From Psilocybe cubensis (Eukaryota): a stretch of 64,000 nucleotides of DNA. The notes beneath the pieces were generated by a model. The model saw nothing but the letters and a program-made list of their open reading frames with translations. It was not told where the DNA came from and ran no database searches. The stretch's first letter is position 1, and each line of letters begins with the position of its first letter. Positions 13,428 through 25,783 of the stretch are shown here, in pieces. The DNA is taken from positions 372,001 through 436,000 of the forward strand of contig CM039003.1 of assembly GCA_017499595.2 (NCBI GenBank), written 5' to 3'. The translations under genes were made by a program, and so were the position numbers.

Positions 13428-15759
13428 CTAAATAGACTCCAAAATGCAGTCAACAACAGCACATCTCTTCTCCTCAAGCACAATCTTTATCGCTTTGTCA
13501 ATAGTGGACGTTAACGTATCCTTTGGTGAATTCGTCACTACATCACCTACGCGTGCACCCCATGCCCAACCAGCCGAGGCGGCAGCAGCAATCTGAGGAT
13601 AATCCGGGGGGTTTGGACCAAAGCCAACAGTGAGTTTATCGCCTGATAGAGTATTTCTGCCATGTCCTGCTGGATGTACACCAAGCATAGACAGCATTGG
13701 TGACTGTTTATAGATCAGTAAATACTATCTATATGTTAGTGGCAATACGAATGTACTGCTTACCCCCCAGCCGCCATTGTTCAAAATTATTGTCAGAAAG
13801 GGCTGAAAATAAAATATTGAGTACCATTTCTACTCAGCGTAAGGCAGATATTACTCACCGTGTTATATTTCCTTGCCATCCAGTATGCGGAACTTGGAAC
13901 ACCAAACATGAAGGAACCATCTCCGACAATATAAACTATCAAATCGTATTCTTTCCCTCCAGAAGATGCGTTGCTCATTGGTCCAAGCGTACGTGCTCCA
14001 ATAGATGCACCTATAGCTGCTCCTAGTCCCCATCCCAAAGAAGATCCTCCGCTTGTGATGACGCTGCCAGGAAATTCAGGCCTCAAATGAGTCCACACAG
14101 GAGCGAAATTACTGATCGATTCATTGAGAAATAGAGTATTAGCGCCCTTCGAGGGCGTCAGGGCCGCAACCGTCTTCCGAATGACTCCAATTAAATTTGG
14201 TACGTTCATAACGACTATGGGGTTTTGCTTTTCACCTGGTAGCGATGGTTTGCCCACCAATCTGAATTTATCTTCTTCTGAGTCAAGCTGAGAAACGAGT
14301 CGATCGTGATTCTTCCGAAGTGTCTCCCAGCGGAATCTGGTTTTTTCCTCCAGCGAAGAGTCAGCGAAATAGTCACCCAAGCACCAAGCTTCGCCTTGTG
14401 GGCGAACGCCCATTGTCCGCAGTGAGTGTTCAATTTGCTCTAGTGCAATGGCCGGTTCCGCTCGGCATACCAGTTCTGCATCGACATGCCATTGTCCAAT
14501 CCCTAGTTTCAAGGGGTCGCCTCCGTCAATAACAAACACTCTGGCATCATCGACAGGCTTCTCATTTACCGGAATCCAAGCAAGATCGCACTCAAGCACC
14601 AAGATCACGTCCACGCCTTGAAGCTTTTCCCAATGTGTCAAAGGAAAGAGCCATGTATTCCCAATGTAGCTGGGGTGAGAGAAGGGAATATTCACTGTAG
14701 ATGGACATGTGCTGATGACGGGAATTGCGAGAAGTGTGGCGAGTGATGATAGCGCTGCTACTGCTGCAGGCGAGCGTCCTGCATGAGAAGTGATTATCAA
14801 GGGTGATGACGCGGTCAGTAGTGCCTCGGATATTTTCTTCAAGGCTGCCACTCCAATCATTAGTCTTTTTACTTAAAAAAGAATGTAACCAGACGCACCA
14901 GAAGGCGTGAGTGACGTTGGTTCGATGGAAGGCCACTTTGAAATGCCGGAAATATGATCGAGACTTTCTGGATTCACTTCTTCCTCCATAACCTCACGTC
15001 GCGCCCATAGATATACAGGGCCTTTCGGCTCACTGGTAGCACTAGCAGGGAGTCGTTCAGAAAAGGGAAAATACTACTAACATTAGAACACACATTTGTA
15101 AAGCACGCTTCACACTCTGTTCAATAGTCTTCGCACTTCCTAACTGGGCAGTATGTCGCATATATTGGCGAACAATTGCTGATTGGTCCGGGATGTCTGG
15201 TGAAGATGGTGTAAGTTGATGCGTGCCGTACCTCAAAACTGGAAGTTCACGCCACCTTGTAGCCACATAATCCACTCATTTCGTGTTCCCTTGTGCTCAC
15301 CGTTCGAACTGAATGGTGACGCTCCTGCAAAAATTAACACAGGAGTACGGCTACGATCCACATTATGCACCGCTCCAGCTAGGGCCTGCAATAAAATTAT
15401 CAACCTCAAAAAAATTCAGGTCATTGGCAGATAATATGAAGGTTCGGATTCTTATTTCAGATGAAAAGATATGCTCTTACCTGCGTGCCCACATCGACAT
15501 GAATAATAACGGCGGCAGGTTTCCCAGTAACCTGTGCGAATCCTTGTGCTGCACTCAATGCGACCATTTCGTTCGGACATGTCACAATCTTAGGCTGCGT
15601 TTCTCCACCTTCGTCTTCAACACGTTGCCTTGCTAGATCTTCGAGAAGTGCAGGATGATCAGAGCCCCAATTAACGAATGCATGCGTTATACCGGCACGG
15701 GCGAGTGTGCGGAGCAATAAACTGGAGCCGGTGTACGTTGATGGTGGCCTTGAATCCAT
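13428..15759 (-). CDS. Thiamine-diphosphate-dependent enzyme (acetolactate synthase/decarboxylase superfamily), substrate unknown
   Basis: N-terminal FVNWGSDHP...PNEMVALSAAQG..HVDVGTQ and ThDP-binding GGSSLGWG / GDGSF...NNGGW motifs. Confidence 0.9.
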
Positions 15760-16492
15760 GTAGTGAACAGAAAGATACCAGCAGGGATGACTCGAAACCT
15801 TTCGATATTGCTGACTCTATTGCGTGAGAGTACCTCATATTCTGCACTTGCAAGTTGGTTGTACATGAGAAAAAAACTGAAAAAATTAAACAACGATGAT
15901 TGTATGAGATTGAACTTTGCCTTGATATATTCATAACTTCTTCTGTACAATTTCTCACAATTTTCACCCTACACAGTATACCCTTTCTACCCATACCAAG
16001 TTTCGTTCCCCTCCCCTGCTTTCCTTCTAATCTCGCGCCTGGAGCGACCTCCCATAGGCCATTTCTTCAACGGGCCGAAGTCTGCTTTACGTGTGAATCC
16101 AACAGTGATAGCGGAACACATCAGCCGTCCTTGGCCGGTTCACACGATCAAGAGTCGCGCGGCGCGCCGGCCATTTGTTCGCAATCATAACCCTTTAAAC
16201 CCGTCGCACAATAAGAGCACTGACACGCGTTCTTCACGGCGAGCATTGGCGAGACACCAGGTTGGCAAGGTACTACGCGGCACAATTTACCTTTTGTTCA
16301 CTTGTCAGCGACGACAATAACAGATAATAAGTACAGGTCTACCACGCCGTTCTTATTCATGCGATACTACAAATTACTACAAAACAGACGAGATCACAAC
16401 CCCTGGCTATTCCCCCGAAAGCTTGATGTCCGTTATAACTTTAGACCTTGGCAAGGGCAAATTTTGCTATTGTCTGAAGCTCACCTGCTGTG

Positions 16493-16502
16493 TATATATA
16501 AA
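16493..16502 (+). promoter_or_regulatory. TATA box of the pheromone precursor gene
   Basis: TATATATAAA about 105 bp upstream of ATG 16607. Confidence 0.6.
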
Positions 16503-16606
16503 GTACTGTTACTAGATATCGTAAAGTCTCAGTAGCATTCGTTCGTTTCTTCTGCCAACAGTGCCTGCGACCATTACTCGCACTCGACACTCATTACATC
16601 AATTCA

Positions 16607-16762
16607 ATGGACTCGTTCACCAACCTTTCCGCTCTTTTTGTTTCTTCGTCATTCTCTGCTGCCCAAATTCCGACCGAGCAGGAAGCCAATGACGTTGAAT
16701 CTATACCAACTGACGAGGAGAGAAACGGCTGCGCTGGAAATGCGTTCTGTATCGTGGCATAG
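16607..16762 (+). CDS. Lipopeptide mating-pheromone precursor or pheromone-like peptide (51 aa, CAAX)
   Basis: MDSFTNLSALFVSSSFSAAQIPTEQEANDVESIPTDEERNGCAGNAFCIVA*. It has the MDxF start, the P-x-D-x-E-R processing motif and a C-terminal CIVA CAAX box. It falls below the ORF-track size cutoff. Confidence 0.88.
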   Translation: MDSFTNLSALFVSSSFSAAQIPTEQEANDVESIPTDEERNGCAGNAFCIVA

Positions 16763-17520
16763 TTCCAGATACTCTGGCATTTAAGCTTGCACGACATCAT
16801 TCACGATCTAACTTATCGAACTGTAAGCTGCAACATATTTATATCCAGGACGTATGCTAACTCTTTGAAAGCAGTATCACGATTTCATTCGATTTCGGCT
16901 CATCTGACACATGCAACATTCGACTTACTCATACCCATGCACGTTACCTCGAGATACCAACTCTTTCCAGGCTGAGAGGGCTAAGAAGAACTTGGAAATC
17001 ATTTACTTTACACCATAACATTTCACAATCACTTTCACTATACATTTGTATTCATCGCCATTTCCAAGCCATTCAACATCACATTCAATCTTTTGTATTC
17101 TTTTTGTATTCGTTTCTTCCTGAGTGCCTAGAGTACTTCAAACTTTTTGAAATGGGACCTTATTTTCCCCAAAGGAACTACGAAGTTAGCAGAGTGTATT
17201 TCATTGGGTCTCATCAAGCCATTTCTATTGGACCGTTCACGGCCGACTTGCGGTCAATGTCGGTGCCCCTGAGAAGAAGAGATAGGGTTTACCTCACGTG
17301 GACACCATGCGAGGCGTTTAATTGGTCAGTCATTGCTTCCGTGTCAAAAGACTCAGAAGAGAAGGCGTCACAATCTCTGATCACAAAGATCGGCCTGTTA
17401 GACATTACCGTATGAGACAAACCCATGCCGATGCTCCAGTATGGGTTTAAAAGATCGCTGACCTCACTCCTTTCATCTACCACAACAATTGTCATCCAAA
17501 ATCGACCTTACAGACGAGTC

Positions 17521-20500
17521 ATGAACCTCATTAACCCAAGGGACGAGCGCGAGTACATCCCCATCGCCGACCATGGCTTGTGAGTACGAAATGCTACATC
17601 ATTTCACTAGCTGACAAGGGAACAGGATTGGGAACCTGAGGACAGCAGCTTTAGTCAGTGTCGATGGATCCAGTGAGTATTCCTTTGCTACGTGGCTGCC
17701 TATGCTCACAGAATATCATCTAGTCGAGAGCTACTGTGTTCCGAATTTCGATTCGCCATCCGTATTTGCAAGAATTCTTGACAAGGACAAGGGTGGACAC
17801 TTTTCCATTATGCCAACAGTCCCGTTCACTACTAAACAGAATTATTTGGCAAGCTCCAATGTGCGTGGTCGTCGGTGACTCGTGTGTTCGTGTTAATCAT
17901 AGGGTGTAGGTTCTCCAAACCAAATTTATGAACGATGATGGAGTGGTTAGTGTTACAGGTATGCCAATCACAGTATTTGGTGAACATTATTGTCCTCATT
18001 TGTGCTTAGATTATCTGCCTCGACCTCGGAAAGAGCTTCGCACCACACCGAAGCCCCTACTACCCTGGCTCGTTCGGAAAGTAGAATGCGTACGCGGAAA
18101 TCTCCCCATCCTCATGCAATGTGCACCTGCATTCAACTATGCTCGCTCGCCACACACTACCACCATCGTGGACGACGACAGCGTGCTCCCGAACGTTCAA
18201 AAGAAAGCTGTCTTTGAATCCGATGAACTGACACTCGACCTCCGGTACGTCGTGGAGAATAGCATGGAAGACCCAGATGCTGCAGAACCCGAAATCTCCC
18301 TGGAGTTCTTGGATTTGTCGGCCAAAGGACACAAGGGATTGGCTGTGCAGAGTGTTTTGAATTTGACGGAAGGTCAGGTAGTCACCTTTATCCTGAGGAC
18401 TCCGCCCACTGTGACGACGAAGGCGATAACCATACCGGATGAAGCAGCTCAGCAAACCGTGAGAGACGAGACCAGAGTTCTCCGTCGAGCTCCCGAAGAT
18501 CCGTTGTTAACGAAGGAATTGATGGCCTCTGTCTTGCATGTGCGCTCATTCACAATTTTTGTTCCAAGCGCGTCATTAAATAAACCAACAGGCCACTAAT
18601 CGCTACTGGTATGAGTGGATTAGCCAATCAACCTATGATGGGTCGTGGAAAGAGGCTGTTATGCGTAGTGCGCTCGCCCTCAAACTTTTAGTTTACGAGC
18701 CCACCGGTGGGTAATTCGTACTATACCCACGCTCTTTTTTTCTCATGTTTCAGCAGGTGCTGTTGTGGCCAGTCCCACGTTTAGCCTACCGGAGTACATT
18801 GGCGGCGTAAGGAATTGGGATTATCGGTTAGTCTAAGCCTTTTAATGGCGTTTTTGTTCATGTTGGACTGTCGAGATAATAACTGCAGTGCCTCATGGAT
18901 CCGAGACTCTTCGTTTACCCTCTACGCCCTTATTCGATTGGGCTTCACCGACGAAGCTAACAGTAAGCATCCTATATTATTCAGGACATATCCTTTCTTT
19001 CTAATCATCAACGCGGTCGTCAGGTTATCTTGAATTCATTTTTGAGCGTCTCAGAAACAAGAACCCAGATGGGAGTCTTCAAATTATGTATACCATACAT
19101 GGTTCGCCTTTAAATTTTGCTTTTTAAAGGTTAGCCTTGACCACATTAAAATGCAGGGGGAAAAGATCTTGAAGAAATTGAACTACTACATCTCGATGGG
19201 CACAAGGGATCCAGGCCTGTTCGTATCGGAAATGGTGCTGCAAATCATGTTCAATTAGTCAGTTATCAGATCTAGAAAAACTTAACACTTCTTACGAACT
19301 CTCTCTAGGACATTTACGGTGAACTGTGGGCGGCATTCTAAATTTGTAGTACGTGCTGTTAGTTCCAGTGGCTGACCTGGTCATCTAATGATTTATATCT
19401 CATCCAGAAGTACAGAAATCTGACCAATGTATCTTCTAACAGTATGGATTGCATTTACCTTGGCCAGAAGGTAAGTGTCAAATAGCGTCTTGTACCTTCT
19501 GTACGTCTGATAATTCTCTAGTTCGGAAAACCTCTGGTGATGCCTTTGATCGTGGGAATCACCCCTATCTTTACTGACCTTCGTCGTTTTGTTGAAGGCG
19601 TATGATGATTGGTTTGTTTGTTACCCTTTCCTAACAAAAGTTAATAACTTAAATTGCTGTTCAAGGTTACTTGTCAGGGAATTGTACGTGAAACGATGCA
19701 TTCCTTGATATTTTGTTAAGAGCTTGTGGCTTTTAATAGGGTTGACTGTACGTTTGTCCCCTTCCTTTGACTCCATGCATTAGTTAATCGTATATGGTTA
19801 GATGTGGTCTCCATAATTAACGAACCAGACTTGTATGGTCCCTCTCTTTTATTCTGTAAGGGATCGCCTTTATTTCGCATCGTTTTTTGCAGGTCCATAT
19901 GGGAGGTCCGGGATAAGAAACGTCATTTCACTGTAAGTCTAATGCCAATAGCTTTGGTGAACAATCTAATGTTTTTTCAGTATTCAAAGGTAATTGATAG
20001 TCATGGATGCAATTTTAAACCCCTCATTATTAGAACCATCATTGTCTAGGTCATGTTATGGTCAGTTTTTCTTGTATTGATTGTTCAGTTTGACGAAGAC
20101 TTATATGGTTTAAAATAGGGTCGCAGTAGACAGAGGTACCCGTGTTTTTTTTTTAGTTAACATTTGGGACTCACGGTAAATTTTGCAGGCCTACGTCTCG
20201 CCGATAAACGGTCACTGCCGTGTCCCAATCGCAATAAATGGTTGGCTGCCCGAGACAATTTGTACGAGGAAATTATGGAAAAGGCATGGAATAAGGAAGA
20301 AAAGTACTTCGGACAAAGTTACGAAGATAAGGATGTTCTTGATTCCGCGGTATTAATCATGCCTCTCGTATTCTTCCTACATGCCGTGAGTTTCTTGTTT
20401 GTTCAATGCCGATGTAGAAGCAACTTACTTATATCATTAGTCCGACCCAAGATTTATGAGCACGCTCAAACAAATCATGAAATCTCCTGAAAAAGGTGGT

Positions 20501-21106
20501 TTGACTTCCAACGTACGCCTCTTTCTTCATGGATGGTTGTGCGGTACATAATGCCCCAAGTGAACAGAATTTGGTCTATCGCTACGACACGTCGAAAGCC
20601 GACGACGGTGTCGGAGGGGAAGAAGGAACCTTTTGTTTATGCACACTCTGGTTTGACATTCATTATGGATAATTTACTCATAAAAACTGATACATAAATT
20701 AATACGTAGGTGCATTGAGGCGCTGACACGCGCAGGAGAGGTGGATCGTACCTTATTACCCAAGGCTGTGAATATGTTTGACGTAAGCTGGTGACTTTTT
20801 GTCTCCGTCACTGTTACAATTTTTGAGCATGAATCCCAGGACTTTTTATTGTATCTCAACCACGTAGGCCTGTGCACTGAAGAAATTTCGGTTGCTGGAG
20901 AAGCGTAAGCCGTGGTCCCCTCAGACCCAACTTATACTTATTTTCTACCTACAGCTTGGGCAATGCCGTTCAAGGATTTACGTACGCCCTCTCTCAATTT
21001 GTTCATACAGTAATATTTCCTAACAATTCTGCTGATAAGACATGTCACACTAATTTCAGCGGCCTATAATCTGTCGCGGACTATGCGGAAACGAAACTCG
21101 ATGTGA
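17521..21106 (+). CDS. Glycoside hydrolase family 15 protein (trehalase/glucoamylase-like), highly fragmented by introns
   Basis: [112 protein letters not shown]. Confidence 0.93.
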
Positions 21107-21786
21107 TCTATACTAACTCTTGAATATCTATCTGTTAGACACATTTATATCAGTTACCCCGGAATTTATGTTGAACTTACTGGTAGAACACGACCATGAT
21201 AAGCGCAGTCATGACGTTTAAGACATACCTCGGCGAATCGGAGCTTTGGATCGAAATTCTATCAATGTTGCTTACTACCATAGAAATAGTCATGGTACTT
21301 GTCTAATTGTCACTCAAATCACTTTGAACAAAATTATTTTGCCTCTGTCTGCCAATGGCGACTGAAGTACACTTTGTCGTAGGATACTGCCGGCGATTTT
21401 TCGGCAAGTTTGCGACATGCCTACTGTTGCACAGGCAAAACATTGATTTTGGGAGGCAACGATCCTCAGGCTAGCATGCGATGACATACCAAAGCAGAAA
21501 AATAGGGAGACTTTCTCAATGTGAATGATTGCCATATTAATAAATTATGCAGCTGGAGTACTTGCATAGGAGTGATAATATACGCGGCCTACTGCCGTGC
21601 TGCCAGTGGGTTTTAATAATAAATGCGAATATAAGACTTTGAATGATAAGTTGTCCAAGATAAAAATAGCTTTGACATAACTAATGATTATTAAGATGTT
21701 ATTCAGGCCTTGCTTGTGTTGAAATTGTGGACATGGAAGCGATGAATACATACCACATTGTTTGTTGCTTCATTCACAGTTCAGCT

Positions 21787-24385
21787 TTAGAGGCAGCTCA
21801 TGTAGCGCTTTTCGATATCTTTCCTGTAGTCGTCAAGGATAAGTGATCGCTTGGGGAGACCCTTTTCCCCGAACTGGAATGGCCTGTCCTTATCTGCTAT
21901 CATGAAAGCCTAAAATCGGGTATTAGCTTACTTGGGTGATACTTGTTTCAATGGGTCAAGTTATACCTCTTTTCGAATTTGAGAATGAACAGGAAGCATG
22001 CTATTTTTAGCTTCAATAATGGACCTACACAGGACGCCCGTCAATCAGAGAATATCACTATATATATTATTTCCACTCACCAGATGCGCTCAAATGAATC
22101 GTTATTGCTCTCGGAGACAGGCTGCCATATGAAGCCGCCGACATATGACCTTAATGTGTTGTAATCCGTCAGCCTACAGACAAGGTCTCCAAATAACAAT
22201 TGAAAAGTACCAGATCCGTTGAAGTATAGTAGGCGTATCGTTACCAGCTTCTAACGCATTCGGCCATATGAGAACTCCAAGGAAAGGCCTTCCGTGTCCG
22301 AAAACCACAGCAGATTTGATTTCTTCGTGTTCACGTAGTGAGTCCTCTTTTAATAATATCGAACTTAACGAAGCTGCATATATTCTTTTGGTGAGGGCTT
22401 ACCTAGGAGCATTGGATCTACCTAGAATAGCAGGTTTCACAGGATTCTGTTATTGTCTTGTTGTTTAGGGAAATAACTTGAAGTGACTAACCACTTGCCC
22501 GGAAGAAAGTAGGATCTGGTCTTTGTTTCTTCCGATGACTTTGTAATAGCCTTTTTTGAATGGATGAGGCACCAAACCATCTCCTGTGGCATATGCTGGT
22601 CTGCCATTCCACTCAGCATTGCGTATGGCAGGTTCATGGAACCCTTTCTGAGACTAGACGATTGTATTTAGTTACATATAATGCACATCAGCCTGATAAT
22701 CAAATCTTACAATAATGTATGGTTCAAAGGCCCCATTCTCGCGCGGGACTAGCTGGCAATTAATACCCGGATTCAAGGAAAAATACTCCCAGTCTTCGGA
22801 TTGCGGTTCTGAGGTATTTTGTTCAGTCAAAAAGAGCAGCTCGAATAATTGAATGCTTACCTGAGACAAATTTACTGATGTAACCGCACTCAGTTCTGTG
22901 AAATAAAAGATCGTATTTAATAACTTCCAGGGGTTACAATCTTTTAAAGATGCAACATACGCTCCGTAAACGTTGCATATCTTGACGCCGTGCGACGTTA
23001 ACCTGTCGCCTGCTGCTTTGCTGAGTTGACTTCCTCCAAACACCTGTAAAACGTCGTCAGAACATATATCTCCAAGTAGGCACATCTACTTACAATGCAT
23101 TCTCTCTCTGCCAGGAACTTGACTTTCTCCGGGTCGTTCGACCATGCCTACCAGAGCGTGTTACTTTTTAAACCGTCTGTATGACCCTCTTGGCCATGAC
23201 GACATACCTCAAAGAAACGTGGAGAAGACCATACAACGGACACCTGACTGTTCACGAATCCCTCAAAGGCTATATCCCTGTCTGCAGGTATGACCGCTCT
23301 CGGATCATCGGGGGACAAAATAGCCATGATAAACCCAGCTCTGGGCTGAATTAATAGATTCCAACGAATCAACGCGAATCAGGAACTGAAAATAGATTAA
23401 CCTACCAGCCAAAATAGGAAGCATAACCCGGCAGTATGGAAAAACTCTGCAGATTGTGCACCAAACAGCTTCCCTTCCATGAAAATGTCGGAGTAATCTA
23501 AAGCAAATTTGACCATCGTCAGCACCTGTGATATCCGAATGCCTTCAATATGGGCGAATCTATTTAACCTACTAATTGCCAGTGAGTTGGAAGTGATGTA
23601 GCTAGATGGCCATTCAATTATTTTTGGGCAAGTCGAGGTAGAACCTAGTGGAAAATGTTTTAACACTGCATAACATTTATAGGACCTGTGCAACATACAT
23701 GAGGAGTGAAGGATGAGTGCACGTTTGGAAAATTCCTCCGCATGGCGTGGAAGGGGGTCAAAGTCGTTGTGTCCTGGATATAGATCACTGTGGAGAGGAG
23801 CATCGATTACTGCCGGCATAGCATACGACGGGGTCTTCGATAGCTCATGCAAGGCGAGCGAGGTCTTCTCTCGAAGACGATCGTTGGTGAGAATATGAGA
23901 AGGGCCGGCCATTCTTAAAAGTTCTGCAACAACAGAGGGATGGAAACGGGGTGAAATTAGCAAAGCTGTCACACCAGCTCTCAAGCAACCCTTGACGCCA
24001 TTGAAAGTCAGTATGCATACTAGACTGCGGATATACAACCTGCGGAACATACCAGGATAACAGTCGCATATGTCATGTTATCTGTAAGGAGAGTCAACTC
24101 TACATAATTGCCACAGTTTATATCAGACCAACTCATTTCAGCAAATATAGCGACCAGAGGCGTTGGGGAGCTTGAGGAAGTATTCGTCAATTTTCTGATG
24201 CTTTGACCTGCTCTATGTATCCCTGGAACAATGTCTGAGTAGGTAATTAATCGTTTGTAACCGCCAGTAGAACCCTCAGGCCGAAGAAATACTGGATAGT
24301 TGGGATTGTGGGCAAGGTGGAAATCGAAAGTGTATTCAATTTCCATGTCGGAAGGTGGGGCAATGAAGGATTCTGTATGGGACAT
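21787..24385 (-). CDS. Stand-alone adenylating enzyme (A domain of the fungal NRPS-like/adenylate-forming reductase type, lacking T and R domains)
   Basis: Spliced motifs ISPR, ILHSSCSTSTCPK (A3-like), NVYGATEC, YATGDGLVPHP...VIGRNKDQI and FQFGEKGLPKR. The gene stops at YRKDIEKRYMSCL*. Confidence 0.85.
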
Positions 24386-25783
24386 CTTTGGAGGAAGAAA
24401 TCTGTGGGGGTTGTAGCGAGAAATTTACTGCTAATTTGTACTTTTCCCCCTCATTTAACTAATCTATGTAGCTGAAAATACATACAACTCTCTGGCCGAT
24501 ATCGTGATCATCCCAGGCTGTCATGAGGCACTACGGATAAACCTGGAGTGTTCAGTACATAATTAAGCTGCGCTCCCCGAGTGGTAACTGACACAACCGG
24601 AGATAACTACAACGGTTAGCGCCTTGGATATGTGTATCGTTGCTGAAATCGCTCTGAATCTTATTATAGAACTTTAACACATTGTAGATCATGATCTTGA
24701 AGCTTACATTGCTGGTGACCCTATTCAAAACTTCAATGATAATTCCGCCAACCTTCCAGATTTGTTTGGTTGTATTTTAAACAAATTTATTGATTTTGTT
24801 TGACAGTAGTATGCATATGGGGCACAAAGCTACCGAAGCCGATGGTCTCTGAGTGTGCATTATACAGCCGAGGACATACAGACGTGGGTCAATGCCAAGT
24901 GCACAACCAAAATAAAGTGGGTTTTGAAGAAGGTTTCATTGTTTCGATGTAGTATCATCGAGGATTTAATCTCACAGTTGTTCGTTAAAAACTGGAATTG
25001 ATATAAGAGTAAAAAAACCCCTATGTCTACTATGCTGCGGAGAGTGCATAATTCCCATTAATTCAAGTTAACAGCTGCTTTCTATTGAAACGCATGGCCA
25101 AAGAAGCTTTATGTGGAGAAAGGAATTCATGTCGATGTGGTTCTGATTCTCTGAACGTCGAGCGCTATAGAAGGTCTCCCCGATGTGCCCGTCTAACACT
25201 TCTCAAGGTCTTAAACTTGCCCGAAGCAGAAAATGTAGCCTTGGCTTACTGGTAGGAAACAACTTGACCAGAGACCACATAAACTAGGACATCGTACGCT
25301 GGGTCTACGTGTCAAATTGGAAATCAAAATCAAACTTTGGGAGGTTGCCTAAAAGTTCAAAATAGCTTCTAACGGCAAGGAACTCCAGGTAAAGGTACAG
25401 TACGTAATCGGGAAGGGGATAGGAACATGCTTCAGCCATATTTATATTATAAATAGACAGAATGTATGTGCGATGCGCTTCGCAGCGTGACAACCTCCAA
25501 AAGTAATTGACATAGTAGAACAGTTTCACCAGCTTGGACGTAGATATTATGATGAAGTTTGAGTCTAGTGACTGGATATCGGGCGCTCTTCGGAGAATCA
25601 AAACCAGAACTACTGCAGCGGAGCAGAGTTCAACTGACCATTCGCCGAACACCTGTATCTATGATCTATACATAGACTCAGACATAAAATGGAATTTATC
25701 CGTATGCGAAGATATCTGCTTTCAAGATCTATTCTCTAACCTATTCAACTTCGATATCGTCAAAGCTAGCTCCTTAATCTCTC

